The notes under the pieces are model-generated. The model was not told the origin of the DNA, made no database searches, and saw nothing but the letters and a program-made list of their open reading frames with translations. Below are positions 29,222 through 39,087 of a DNA stretch of 64,000 bases, piece after piece (position 1 is the stretch's first letter; each line of letters opens with the position of its first letter). The stretch lies in the NCBI GenBank assembly GCA_963798915.1, contig CAWCVB010000005.1, forward strand, positions 324,012-388,011, in the 5' to 3' direction. The position numbers and the translations under genes were made by a program. The stretch comes from an uncultured Gemmatimonadales bacterium (GTDB lineage: Bacteria > Gemmatimonadota > Gemmatimonadetes > Gemmatimonadales > GWC2-71-9).

Positions 29222-32200
29222 TCAACCGGCCTTGACGTAGTGGACGGCGTCCGGTCCGAGGATCTCGCGCAGCGCGCGCACCAGATTCTCATCGGCCTGA
29301 ACGCGAATACGACGGGCTCGGAGGCGGACAGCCTCCCCATTCCCGTCGCTCCAGTCAATATACAGGGGGGTCGGGCCCGGGTGGGCCGCGCAGATCGCGC
29401 TGGCAGCCCGGACCGAGTCGGTGGGCGGGGCCCCGGTCAGGCGCCATCGGAGGCAGAGCGCCAACGCTCCCGAGCTCTTGAGCTCTGCCAGGGGCCGAGC
29501 CGACTCCACGATGAACGGCGCACGGTCTTCTCCGCGGTCACGGTCACTGTATCCGCCAGTCAGCAGCATCGGGCTGTCGGCGACGATGACCTGGCTCAGG
29601 CGGGCCCAGGCGTCCGGAAAGACGATCGCCTCGGCGGTGCCCTGAAAGTCCTCGAGGACCAGCCGGGCGTATTCCTTCCCGGTCTTCTTGGAAATCTGCC
29701 GTTTTACGACGGTCACGACGGCACCGATCGTCACGGGATGCTCGCTCCATTCGTGCAGCGTGGCGGTGCTGCGTGAGCCGAACAGCTCGACCTCGCTCCG
29801 GAAGCGTTCCAGCGGATGGCCCGAAATGAAGAATCCCAGGACCTCCTTTTCGCGTGCCAGCCGTTCGCCCTCGCTCCACGCGGGCACCTCCGGCAGCGCC
29901 ACTGCGTGGGTGCGGACTGGCTGTGCCTCCCCGAAGAGGGAGGATTGGCCGGCCTCGCGTTCCGCCTGCTTGAGCTGCGCCTCGGCCAGGACGTGCTCGA
30001 GCGCCTCGCTCAGCTGCTTGCGATGGCCGCCCAGCCCGTCGCAGGCCCCGGCGGCGACGAGCGACTCCAGCACCCGCTTGTTGCACAGACGAATGTCGAT
30101 CCGCTCGGCAAAATCATCGAGCGAGCGGAAGGGTCGCTCCGCGCGCGCCTCGATGATGGAGCGGATCGCGCCCTCCCCGACATTGCGCACGGCGCCCAGG
30201 CCGAACCGCACCCGCTGGTCACTGACCACGGTGAACTTGAAACCCGATTCACTCACGTCGGGCGGCAGGATCTCGATGTCCAGACTGCGGGCCTCGTTGA
30301 TATACTGGACCACCTTGTCGGTGCTGCCGATTTCCGAGGAGAGCAGTGCCGCCATGAACTCGGCGGGATAGTGAGCCTTGAGCCACGCCGTCTGGTAGGA
30401 CAGCACCGAGTACGCGACCGAGTGCGACTTGTTGAAGCCGTAGCGCCCGAACGTCACGATCTGGCGGCCCAGCTCCTCGATCATCGGCTTGGGATGCCCC
30501 AACGCCGCGGCCCGCTCAACGAAGCTGGCCACCGCTGCGTTGGCCATCTCCTGGTCCTTCTTGCCAACGGCCTTGCGCAGCACATCGGCTTCGGCCAGGG
30601 AGAAGCCGGCCAGCACGTTGGCGATGCGCATCACCTGCTCCTGATAGGTGATGACGCCGAACGTCGGTTCGAGAATCTCGCGCAGCAGCGGATGCGGATA
30701 GCTCACCTGTTCCTGGCCGAGCTTGCGCCGGATGAACACGGTGTGCATTCCGGCATCGAGCGGGCCCGGTCGGAGCAGGGCGTTGCAGGCGACCAGGTCG
30801 TCGAACCGATCACACTTGAGGGCCCGCAGCGTCTCGGTCGCCAGCGCTGACTCGAACTGGAACACTCCGCCTGTGCGGCCCGCCCGCAGCAGGCTGTAGA
30901 CCGCCGGGTCGTCGAACGTCAGCGCATCCACATCCACCGCGATGCCGCGCCGCGACCGGATCATCTCCACCGCGTCATGAATCACGGTCAGCGTCTTCAG
31001 GCCGAGCATGTCCATCTTGAGCATGCCGACTTTTTCGAGCGGCCCCATCTCGAACTGAGTGATGATGGAATCCGCGCCATTCAGCCCGGCCCCTGCACCA
31101 CGGGTCGGCGCAGTGCATACCGGCACGTAGTCGGCGAGCGGGCCGGGTGCGATGACGACGCCGGCGGCATGCACTGACATGTGCCGGCTGACTCCCTCGA
31201 TTCGCGCGCTGAGGTCCATCAGGCGCTGATAGGCCGGGTTGCCGCGCACCAGCTCTCGCAGTTCATCGACCCGGCGCAGCGCCTCCGGAATCGTGAGACT
31301 GTAGGCGGGTCCCGACGGGATCAGCTTGGTCAGGCGGTCGGCCTCGCCGGGCGGAATGCGAAGCACCCGTGCCACATCCTTCACCGCAGCCCGAGCCTTC
31401 ATGGTGCCGAACGTCACGATCTGCCCGACGCTGTCCCGCCCGTAGCGCTCACGCACATACTCGATCACTTCGCCCCGCCGCTCGAAGCAGAAATCCACGT
31501 CGATGTCCGGCATCGAGACACGTTCCGGATTGAGGAAGCGCTCGAACAGCAGGTCGAACTTCAATGGGCACACATTGGTAATGCCCAGCGCATAGGCCAC
31601 CAGCGAGCCGGCCGCCGAGCCTCGGCCCGGTCCGACCGGGATGCCCCGCTCGCGCGCGGCCTGAATGAAGTCCTGGACGATCAGGAAGTAGCCGGCGTAG
31701 CCTGCGGTCTCGATGACCTGCAGTTCGTACTCCATTCGCTCCTGCACCGGCGCGGGCAGGGGTGTCCCGTAGCGGCGCGCTGCGCCCTCCAGCGTCAGGT
31801 GCCGCAGCAGCGCTTCGTCGCTCTCAAACCCCGCCGGCTTGGGAAAACTGGGGACGAAGTAGCGCTTCTCGAAGTCGAACTCGCATCGATCGGCCACGGT
31901 CTGGGTGCTGGTGATCGCTTCCGGCTGGTCCCGGAACAGCGCCCGCATCTCGGCTTCACTCTTGACGTACGACTCGGTGCCGGTGAAGCGGAAGCGCCTG
32001 GGGTCGTCGAGGTCGGCGCCGGTGCCGATGGCAAGCAGCACATCGTGACTCTCGGCATCCTCACGGCGGAGGTAATGCGCATCGTTGGTGGCCACGACGC
32101 CAAGCCCGAGATCGCGACTCAAGCTCAACATGCCCTCCGTGACCAGGTCTTCCTCCGGAATACCATGTTTCTGGATCTCGAGCCAGAAGTTCTCCGGCCC

Positions 32201-32701
32201 AAAGACTCCCGACAGCCATTGGGCGGTCTTCCGCGCCTCATCGAACTTCTGCTGGCGCAAGTACAAGGCGATCTCGCCGGACATGCACGCGGCCAGACAC
32301 ACCAACCCTTCGGAGTGCCGCTCCAGTACCTCACGGTCAATTCGCGGCCGACGGTAGAAGCCCTCCGTGTACCCGATCGATGAGAGTCGGACGAGGTTGT
32401 GGTATCCGGCCCGGGTTCGGGCGAGGAGGACGAGGTGGCTGTATGCTGCGGGTGCCCAAGTGGGCTTTTCCCGCGCCTGGCGGGGGCCGAAGGCCAGGTA
32501 GGCCTCAAAGCCCAGGATGGGCCGAAGTTGCTGGGCTCGGGCGGCCTCGTAGAACGTCCACGCAGCATGCAAGTTGCCGTGGTCGGTCACGGCAAGCGAA
32601 TCCATGCCAAGCCGCCGGGTGTGCGACACCAGGTCGCCGATCCGGTTGGCCCCATCCAGCAGCGAATATTCGCTATGCGTGTGCAGGTGTACGAATGCCA
32701 T
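29222..32701 (-). CDS. dnaE: DNA polymerase III alpha subunit
   Basis: The start was taken at MAFVHLHTHSEYSLLDG (PHP domain), giving 1159 codons with no interruption. The ORF-track N-terminal extension to 32863 has no homology. Confidence 0.95.
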   Translation of the reverse strand: MAFVHLHTHSEYSLLDGANRIGDLVSHTRRLGMDSLAVTDHGNLHAAWTFYEAARAQQLRPILGFEAYLAFGPRQAREKPTWAPAAYSHLVLLARTRAGYHNLVRLSSIGYTEGFYRRPRIDREVLERHSEGLVCLAACMSGEIALYLRQQKFDEARKTAQWLSGVFGPENFWLEIQKHGIPEEDLVTEGMLSLSRDLGLGVVATNDAHYLRREDAESHDVLLAIGTGADLDDPRRFRFTGTESYVKSEAEMRALFRDQPEAITSTQTVADRCEFDFEKRYFVPSFPKPAGFESDEALLRHLTLEGAARRYGTPLPAPVQERMEYELQVIETAGYAGYFLIVQDFIQAARERGIPVGPGRGSAAGSLVAYALGITNVCPLKFDLLFERFLNPERVSMPDIDVDFCFERRGEVIEYVRERYGRDSVGQIVTFGTMKARAAVKDVARVLRIPPGEADRLTKLIPSGPAYSLTIPEALRRVDELRELVRGNPAYQRLMDLSARIEGVSRHMSVHAAGVVIAPGPLADYVPVCTAPTRGAGAGLNGADSIITQFEMGPLEKVGMLKMDMLGLKTLTVIHDAVEMIRSRRGIAVDVDALTFDDPAVYSLLRAGRTGGVFQFESALATETLRALKCDRFDDLVACNALLRPGPLDAGMHTVFIRRKLGQEQVSYPHPLLREILEPTFGVITYQEQVMRIANVLAGFSLAEADVLRKAVGKKDQEMANAAVASFVERAAALGHPKPMIEELGRQIVTFGRYGFNKSHSVAYSVLSYQTAWLKAHYPAEFMAALLSSEIGSTDKVVQYINEARSLDIEILPPDVSESGFKFTVVSDQRVRFGLGAVRNVGEGAIRSIIEARAERPFRSLDDFAERIDIRLCNKRVLESLVAAGACDGLGGHRKQLSEALEHVLAEAQLKQAEREAGQSSLFGEAQPVRTHAVALPEVPAWSEGERLAREKEVLGFFISGHPLERFRSEVELFGSRSTATLHEWSEHPVTIGAVVTVVKRQISKKTGKEYARLVLEDFQGTAEAIVFPDAWARLSQVIVADSPMLLTGGYSDRDRGEDRAPFIVESARPLAELKSSGALALCLRWRLTGAPPTDSVRAASAICAAHPGPTPLYIDWSDGNGEAVRLRARRIRVQADENLVRALREILGPDAVHYVKAG

Positions 32702-32866
32702 GGCGTCTATCGCGGGGAGCGCGCGCGCGTGCCCGCTTCTTGCAACCGGATGGGGCACACCCAGAGCGGCGACAGCCCCCACATCGGGCCAGTTACATTG
32801 TTGCAGAAGTGAACGTGAATTGCAAACTCGTGTCTCACGGCGGGAAGGTATCGGCCGTGTCACCGA

Positions 32867-32895
32867 TTGTCAAAAACTGTTGTGATACCTACGCT
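32867..32895 (+). promoter_or_regulatory. Candidate sigma-70-type promoter TTGTCA-N17-TACGCT for the downstream peptidase gene
   Basis: The hexamers are at 32867-32872 and 32890-32895, about 50 bp upstream of the ATG at 32945. This rests on sequence pattern only. Confidence 0.3.
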
Positions 32896-32944
32896 TAATG
32901 GTCCTGGCCGTGGTCGGGATGGTGATCTGGAGGCAGATTTGCAC

Positions 32945-34669
32945 ATGCGAAGGCTGGGCACGCTGGCGCTGTTTGTGCTCGCCATTGGCGCCTGCGGCGG
33001 CGACGCAGTCGCACCAAACCCAGGCAACGGGCCGCCCGGCGACAGCACGCCGTCTCCCGGCATCGTCAGCTGTTCCAACCCGACGGACATCAGTCTCCCC
33101 GTTGGCGGCGCACAGGTCCTGGATCCGGCGAGCAACGGCGGGTGCGTCCGGTTCCCGGCGGCCGCAGCGAACGGGGCCGAGTATCTCTACTTGGCGGCGG
33201 CCACCAATGGGCACGAATCGTCCGCCGGTGTTTCGGTCAGCTACGAGCTGCGTGGAGCGCCAGTCTCGCTGACCGCGTCGATGGCGAATCCTTCCTCGCC
33301 CGTTCCCCAGTCCCTTTCCTTGAGCACGGTACCGCATCGCAACGCTGGCTTCGACGCCATGCTGCGCCAGCGCGAGCGGAGCCTGGCCCGGAACACGGCG
33401 GCGGTCTCGCTGAGTCGGGCCCGCATCAGTGCCAACCTGGTACCCATTCCTCCAGTGGTTGGCAGTCACCGGACGTTCAAGGTCTGCAAGACCATCGACT
33501 GCACCGCCTTCGTGGATGTCGCGGCCACGGCCAGGCATGTCGGACCCAAGGGCGCCATCTACCTGGACGATAGCGTTCCGTCCGGCGGCTACACGCTGGC
33601 CGAGATTGATTCGGTCGGCTTCCTGTTCGACAACTACCTGTATCCAGTGGATACGGTGTCATTTGGGCGGGAGTCGGACCTGGACAACAATGGCGTTGTC
33701 GCGGTGCTGCTGACCGACCAGGTGAACGCGCTGAGCCCCAACTGCGATGCCGATGGCAGTGTGATTCTGGGTTTCTTCTACGGCAATGACCTGCTGCCGT
33801 CCAATGTGGGCTCCAACGGCGGTGAGGTATTCTACGGCCTCGTTCCGGACCCGACCAACACCAAGTGCGGTATCTCGCACGAGTTCGCCAGCGCGTACCT
33901 GGCACCTACGTTCATTCATGAATTCCAGCACATGATCAGCTTCAACCAGCATGTGCTGGTGCGTGGCGGGTTGAGCGAGGACACCTGGTTGAACGAGGGA
34001 TTGTCGCATTATGCCGAAGAGCTTGGCAGCCGGAGCATTCCGGATCAATACTGCGTGAACAATGATTGCCTCACCCAGTTCGCCATCGGCGATCTCCAGA
34101 ACGCCTACAGTTACCTGGGAGATCCCGAGTCGTTCTTCCTGGTGGAGCCCAGTTCCTCAACGGGGCTGCTCGAGGAACGCGGTGCCAACTGGCTGTTCGT
34201 GCGTTGGCTGGTGGACCAGTTCGGGTCCGATATCATCGGCGCCACCTTCACCCGTTCGCTTGTGGCGACGTCCAAGCTTGGCGCCGACAACGTAGCGGCT
34301 ATCACGGGCGTGGCCTTCGCCACGCTGGTGCCACAGTGGCAACTCGCCAACTACCTCGACGACCTGCCGGGCTTCGTGGCCCAGGACGCCCGGCTTCGAT
34401 ATTCCAGCTGGAATTTCCGGACAACGTTCGATGCGTTCCATCAGCAGAATCCCGGCAGCTTCGCCGCTGGCTACCCGTTACTGCCGGACACCATGCTGTC
34501 GTCGGCCTATGACCGGAAGGGCACACTTCGGGCCGGTTCGGGGCCGTTCCTTCGGGTGATTCAGCCAGCTCAGGGAGAGACGGTCACGGTGCAGTTGACC
34601 GACAGTCTGCGTCGCGCGATCGGCGCGAGCACCGCGGCGCCGCGCATCGGCATCGCGCGGATTCGTTGA
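32945..34669 (+). CDS. Secreted lipoprotein, HExxH zinc metallopeptidase (HEFQH; possibly M30/hyicolysin-like)
   Basis: The start is at MRRLGTLALFVLAIGAC (lipobox). It contains FIHEFQHMISFNQH and the downstream EGLSHYAEE. Confidence 0.65.
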   Translation: MRRLGTLALFVLAIGACGGDAVAPNPGNGPPGDSTPSPGIVSCSNPTDISLPVGGAQVLDPASNGGCVRFPAAAANGAEYLYLAAATNGHESSAGVSVSYELRGAPVSLTASMANPSSPVPQSLSLSTVPHRNAGFDAMLRQRERSLARNTAAVSLSRARISANLVPIPPVVGSHRTFKVCKTIDCTAFVDVAATARHVGPKGAIYLDDSVPSGGYTLAEIDSVGFLFDNYLYPVDTVSFGRESDLDNNGVVAVLLTDQVNALSPNCDADGSVILGFFYGNDLLPSNVGSNGGEVFYGLVPDPTNTKCGISHEFASAYLAPTFIHEFQHMISFNQHVLVRGGLSEDTWLNEGLSHYAEELGSRSIPDQYCVNNDCLTQFAIGDLQNAYSYLGDPESFFLVEPSSSTGLLEERGANWLFVRWLVDQFGSDIIGATFTRSLVATSKLGADNVAAITGVAFATLVPQWQLANYLDDLPGFVAQDARLRYSSWNFRTTFDAFHQQNPGSFAAGYPLLPDTMLSSAYDRKGTLRAGSGPFLRVIQPAQGETVTVQLTDSLRRAIGASTAAPRIGIARIR

Positions 34670-34673
34670 GCAG

Positions 34674-35759
34674 GTGCGCAGGCGGCGGCGCATGATCTTT
34701 CTCGTGATCGTGGGAGCCCTCGTCGCCGGTGCGAGCACGGCGTACGTCGCCAGCGACGATGTCCGCTATGTGACCCGCGCCGGGTTTGAGGAAATCCGTA
34801 TCCTGCAGGCGCGCGAACCCATTGCGCGCCTGGTGGCCGATTCGGCGACGCCGCCGGAATTACGCGCCTCCCTCCGGCTCGTTCTCGATGCCAGGGACTA
34901 TGCCGATTCCCTGGGGTTGGAGGCGGCGCGGACCTACACGACCTATGCCGATGTCGGCCGGGACACACTGTTGCTGGTGCTGCAGGCCGCGCCTCCCGAC
35001 TGTATCTGTCCCTACACCTGGAAGTGGCCCATTGTCGGACGGATGCCCTACAAGGGGTTCTTCGACCCGGCATCGGCGAAAAGGGAAACCGAGCGGCTGG
35101 CCGGGCGCGGCTATGACACGTACCTCCGGCCGTCGGGCGCGTTTTCCACGCTGGGATGGTTTGAGGACCCGCTGCTGTCCACGGCACTCTCAGCCGACTC
35201 GATGGAGCTCGTGGCAACAGTCTTCCATGAAATCGCTCACAATTCGCTCTATGTGCCCAGCGCGACCCCATTCAACGAGAGTTTTGCCCAGCTGGTTGGC
35301 TACCGGGCGGCCGAGCGCTTTTTCCGGGAGCGAGGCGACACGCTCGACGCCCGCCGGGCCGCTGACCGCTGGCACGATGAGCAACTGCTGGGAGCGTTCT
35401 ACACCGAGCTGACCGATCGGCTGGACCGGTTCTATGCCGGGGCGCCGGACTCGGCGGCGCTCGACTCAGGCCGGCTGGCGGAGGGCCGGTGGGCTCGCAG
35501 CCAACTGGAGGGACCGCTGGCGGATTCCCTCCGGACCTATCGGGTTGGCGCGCTTCCCGAGCGACCGGTCAACAATGCACGCCTCATTGGCGCCACGATC
35601 TACCGTTCGCACCTTGACTGGTTCGAGGCGTACTTCAGGCGGCATGACACCGACATTACCAAGACGGTCGCCGCGCTTCGTTCGCTCATGAAGGATGCGG
35701 ATGGAGATGAGGCCTTTCGCCGCCTGGAGCACGCAGTGGTGGACCCCGCGCCGTCGTAA
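34674..35759 (+). CDS. Putative aminopeptidase (DUF2265-like), HExxH
   Basis: 361 aa with an N-terminal TM or signal segment and the motif VFHEIAHNSLYV. Confidence 0.65.
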   Translation: MRRRRRMIFLVIVGALVAGASTAYVASDDVRYVTRAGFEEIRILQAREPIARLVADSATPPELRASLRLVLDARDYADSLGLEAARTYTTYADVGRDTLLLVLQAAPPDCICPYTWKWPIVGRMPYKGFFDPASAKRETERLAGRGYDTYLRPSGAFSTLGWFEDPLLSTALSADSMELVATVFHEIAHNSLYVPSATPFNESFAQLVGYRAAERFFRERGDTLDARRAADRWHDEQLLGAFYTELTDRLDRFYAGAPDSAALDSGRLAEGRWARSQLEGPLADSLRTYRVGALPERPVNNARLIGATIYRSHLDWFEAYFRRHDTDITKTVAALRSLMKDADGDEAFRRLEHAVVDPAPS

Positions 35760-35785
35760 GGGCAGGCCGAGGCCTCTGATACGCA

Positions 35786-35812
35786 AATGCCCCGGCGAGC
35801 GGCCGGGGCATT
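35786..35812. terminator. Bidirectional terminator hairpin between convergent genes
   Basis: An 11-bp perfect stem (AATGCCCCGGC / GCCGGGGCATT) with loop GAGCG. It is flanked by AAA and ATT. Confidence 0.65.
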
Positions 35813-35835
35813 ATTGCGTCAGGAATCCACGAGGG

Positions 35836-36360
35836 TTACTGCGGGGGGCTCGTGGTGGTGGCCGGCGTGCTGTCCGTCCGCCCATTCGGGTCAACCACCG
35901 GGTTGTTGCCAGGGGTCGCAGGTGAAGCCGGCGTCGCCGGGCTCGCCGGGGTGGCAGGCGTCACTGTGGGATCGACCGACGACGATGGCGGCGTGGCGGG
36001 GGTAACGGCGTTCGTGCCAGGCGCCGACTGTGGCGTGGCAGCCGTGGTGTCGCGATCCGGCGTGCCAGTGGAGGGATAGTCACGCTTGTCCCGCTTTTCC
36101 ATCTTCGTCTGGAAGTCAGGATTGGCCGCGTTCACACTGTCGCACATGGTGCGCAGGGAGTCGGTCACGGCGGGAGCTGGCGCGGCCATGTTCGAGTTGT
36201 CCCGTGCACTGTCCCGCTCGGCGAGCGAAAGGCACTGCTTCTGCAGGGTCTTGGAATTCACCTTGGGTTTGCCTGAATCCTGCGCCTGCGCCGAACCAGC
36301 GCCGATTGCAAGCAGACCCAGGACCAATCCGGTGGAAAGAAGTGGGATTCGGTGTCTCAT
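35836..36360 (-). CDS. Secreted low-complexity protein (Pro/Thr/Ala-rich C-terminus)
   Basis: 174 aa with signal MRHRIPLLSTGLVLGLLAIGAGSAQA and TPATPASPATPASPATP repeats. Confidence 0.6.
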   Translation of the reverse strand: MRHRIPLLSTGLVLGLLAIGAGSAQAQDSGKPKVNSKTLQKQCLSLAERDSARDNSNMAAPAPAVTDSLRTMCDSVNAANPDFQTKMEKRDKRDYPSTGTPDRDTTAATPQSAPGTNAVTPATPPSSSVDPTVTPATPASPATPASPATPGNNPVVDPNGRTDSTPATTTSPPQ

Positions 36361-36579
36361 AACGTTACGCCTCTTTTGCGGTAGAGCGCTTGGAGCTGGT
36401 CCGGAGTCACGTTCGGCACCAGCCGCGAGGCCATAGTTTAGCGATCTGCTCCCGTTCGCTCTGTGAGTCCGCTCACCACCGCGCGTTTCGCCACGTCACG
36501 TCGGACGGTGCGCTGGTGACTGGCTCTCATTAAGCTTTTGGGGTTTGGCTGCGAGATTCGTCCCTAACCAGGTGATCGC

Positions 36580-37950
36580 ATGGACAGTGGCTTCGTGCAG
36601 GACAACCGCGAGCGCATGCTCCGGGAACTTACGGACTTTCTGGCCATCCCGAGCGTCAGCGCGTTGCCTGAGCATGCCGGAGATTGCCGTCGTGCGGCGG
36701 AATGGCTCGTGGCCGAGTTTCGGCGGCTCGGATTTCCGGTCGCCCAGCTGCTGGAGGGGCGAGGCCACCCGGTCGTCTGGGCGGAGGGACCGGCCGCGCC
36801 GGGTCGCCCGACGCTGCTCATCTACGGCCACTATGACGTGCAACCGGCCGATCCGCTGGACGAATGGGTGACGCCACCCTTCGACGCGACCGTTCGGGAT
36901 GACAAGCTCTATGCCCGTGGTGCCGCTGACGACAAGGGACAGGTCTACTGCCTGCTCAAGGCATGGGAAGCGGCTTGCGCGGAGAGCAGCGGGCCGCCGC
37001 TGAACATTCGCTTGGTGATCGAGGGCGAGGAGGAGTGCGGCGGCGAGGTGGTCGCGGAAGTGCTCGCCGAGGAGCCGGAACGACTTGCGGCCGATGCGGT
37101 GCTGGTTTGTGACATGGCGTATTATGCCCGCGGGTGGCCAGCGGTCTACACCGCCTTGCGGGGGATCTGCTATGCAGAGATCCATCTGCGAACGCTGCGG
37201 CGCGATCTGCACTCGGGGAGCTATGGCGGGGTTGCTCCCAATGCGCTCGAAACCCTGGTACGGATCCTGGCGCAATTGAAGGACGCGGACGGCACCATCC
37301 GCATTCCGGGCCTCTACGAAGCCGTCAAGCCGCCATCGAAAGCGGAGCTGGACGCCTGGGCAGCCCTGCCCTTGAATGCCGACCGGTATCTGCGGGATGA
37401 ACTGACCGCCAAGGCACTAACAGGACTGCCTGGCCGTTCCGTGCTTGAAAAGACCTGGGCACTGCCCACCTTCGAGGTTCATGGGATTCGCGGCGGCTTT
37501 GTCGGTGAGGGAGCCAAGACCGTGATACCTGCGGCGGCGCTCGCGAAGGTCAGCCTGAGGCTGGTGCCGGGCCAGACGCTCGACACCGTGCTGGCGGGGC
37601 TTCGAAGCGCAGTTCAGGCCCTCACGCCGGGCTGGGCGGACGTGGAGGTCCGGCTGATTCACGGTGCCGATCCGGTGCAGATCGACGTCTCGAATCCGGT
37701 GTTCGAACTGCTGGACCAGGCATTCCGGGAGAAAGTTGGCCGGGGTACGGTGATGGTGCGTTCTGGCGGCAGCATACCCATCGTGTCAGTGCTGGGCTCG
37801 CGCGGGACTCCGGTGGTGCTCTCCGGCATCGGATTGCCGGACGATGGCCTTCATTCGCCCAACGAGAAGCTCGACCTGCAGCAGTTGTGGGATGGGGTGG
37901 ACATCTTTGCGAACTTCTTCCAGTTGTTCCGCGATGCTCAGGCTGGGTGA
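36580..37950 (+). CDS. M20-family dipeptidase
   Basis: 456 aa with LLIYGHYDVQPADPLDEW..GRGAADDKGQ..IEGEEECGG. Confidence 0.88.
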   Translation: MDSGFVQDNRERMLRELTDFLAIPSVSALPEHAGDCRRAAEWLVAEFRRLGFPVAQLLEGRGHPVVWAEGPAAPGRPTLLIYGHYDVQPADPLDEWVTPPFDATVRDDKLYARGAADDKGQVYCLLKAWEAACAESSGPPLNIRLVIEGEEECGGEVVAEVLAEEPERLAADAVLVCDMAYYARGWPAVYTALRGICYAEIHLRTLRRDLHSGSYGGVAPNALETLVRILAQLKDADGTIRIPGLYEAVKPPSKAELDAWAALPLNADRYLRDELTAKALTGLPGRSVLEKTWALPTFEVHGIRGGFVGEGAKTVIPAAALAKVSLRLVPGQTLDTVLAGLRSAVQALTPGWADVEVRLIHGADPVQIDVSNPVFELLDQAFREKVGRGTVMVRSGGSIPIVSVLGSRGTPVVLSGIGLPDDGLHSPNEKLDLQQLWDGVDIFANFFQLFRDAQAG

Positions 37951-37989
37951 GGGAGCCGACGTTACCACGCGGACCCAGGCAGCCGCTGC

Positions 37990-38535
37990 TCAGCGTTCCT
38001 CTGGCGGAATGGCAGGGCGGGGAACTCCGCCCGAATAACGGGCCTCGGTGCGGGCTTGCAGTTCGTCCACGCCGATCAGTGCGCGCGCCGACGCAATTAT
38101 CCCTGCGACCACGTCGTCGGCCCAGTAGGGATCTGGACGCTCGGCTTCGGGAAGTGCCTCGGCGCACCGCTCCAGATACCGAATGGCCGTCTCGATCCAT
38201 TCGCTCTGGGCCGATGCCACCAGCGACCAGGAGCCCGTTGAACGCAGCTCCATCTCGGCCAGCGCCGCCAGGTGCGGCCGGATATCGCGGGAGACCTCGG
38301 CTGAACGCAGCCGCTCCGCCACCTGCGCCAGCACTTCCTTCCGCTCACTCTCCTGCGGCTCGGGCAAGGGGGCGAGGTAGTGCCGCTGGTCCGCCACCAT
38401 TTCAGCCAGGCGAATGCACACCGCACGGATGGCCGGCTCCAGCGCCGCCGGGGCCTCTGCCGCCCAGCGCCGGGCCGCCCGCAGGATATCCTGCACCCGT
38501 TGGTCGGGCGTGCCCGGCCTGGTGTCGTCAACCAT
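37990..38535 (-). CDS. Hypothetical helical protein
   Basis: The start was taken at MVDDTRPGT (38535), giving 181 aa. I recognise no family. Confidence 0.45.
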   Translation of the reverse strand: MVDDTRPGTPDQRVQDILRAARRWAAEAPAALEPAIRAVCIRLAEMVADQRHYLAPLPEPQESERKEVLAQVAERLRSAEVSRDIRPHLAALAEMELRSTGSWSLVASAQSEWIETAIRYLERCAEALPEAERPDPYWADDVVAGIIASARALIGVDELQARTEARYSGGVPRPAIPPEER

Positions 38536-38624
38536 GGTTCGGAGAATGGCGGAGTCGTGCCGCCAAATCAACCGGTGCCGACAGGGCAGGAATTCAACGA
38601 CGGAGGTGGGCGGCGCGCGGTTGA

Positions 38625-39086
38625 TCAGATGGCGAGCCGCCGGACAGTTCGGCCGAGGAGCAGCGCACCAAGCAGGCACAGCGCGGCAAAGCCAACCAGC
38701 CCTGCCGGGCCCAGCAGCGCCCGCACCGGCAGCGCCAGCAGCATGCTGATGACCGTGGCGAAGGCGCTGACCGTGGCCAGCATGCCACGACGGAACCAGT
38801 TGCCGAGGGGAGCGAGCACGAGCCAGGTGGTGAGTGCCGCTCCGGCGAGCCCTGCCATGGTTCCGCCCGCAATCAGCAGCACGGCGGTGCTCTCGCTGGG
38901 GGTCATCCGGACCTGGAATGCGAGCACGGCGAGCATCGCAAGGACGACGATGGCGGTACCGGCCAGTGTCCCCATGGCCGTGCCGCGGAGGGCGAGTTGC
39001 ACCAGCCGCCTGACGGCCGCATCGGCCTCGTGCTGAGCGACCCCGGCGTCTGGCTCCGGCGCCGCCTGCTCCTCGAACGACGCCAT
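38625..39086 (-). CDS. Hypothetical membrane protein (about 4 TM) coupled to lpd
   Basis: 153 aa. The ATG lies 1 nt after the lpd stop and hydrophobic helices run throughout. Confidence 0.55.
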   Translation of the reverse strand: MASFEEQAAPEPDAGVAQHEADAAVRRLVQLALRGTAMGTLAGTAIVVLAMLAVLAFQVRMTPSESTAVLLIAGGTMAGLAGAALTTWLVLAPLGNWFRRGMLATVSAFATVISMLLALPVRALLGPAGLVGFAALCLLGALLLGRTVRRLAI

Positions 39087-39087
39087 G

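Noticed and set aside
32702-32863. N-terminal extensions offered by the ORF track for dnaE (to 32863), pdhB (to 43389), the hybrid kinase (to 52482), the TPM gene (from 22242), the NTase (from 22940), mscL (from 61355) and uppS (from 63048)
   Set aside because: The family N-termini are recognisable further in, for example [23 protein letters not shown] and MFRDFKTFIMRGN. The extensions are Arg/Pro-rich or overlap the upstream gene.
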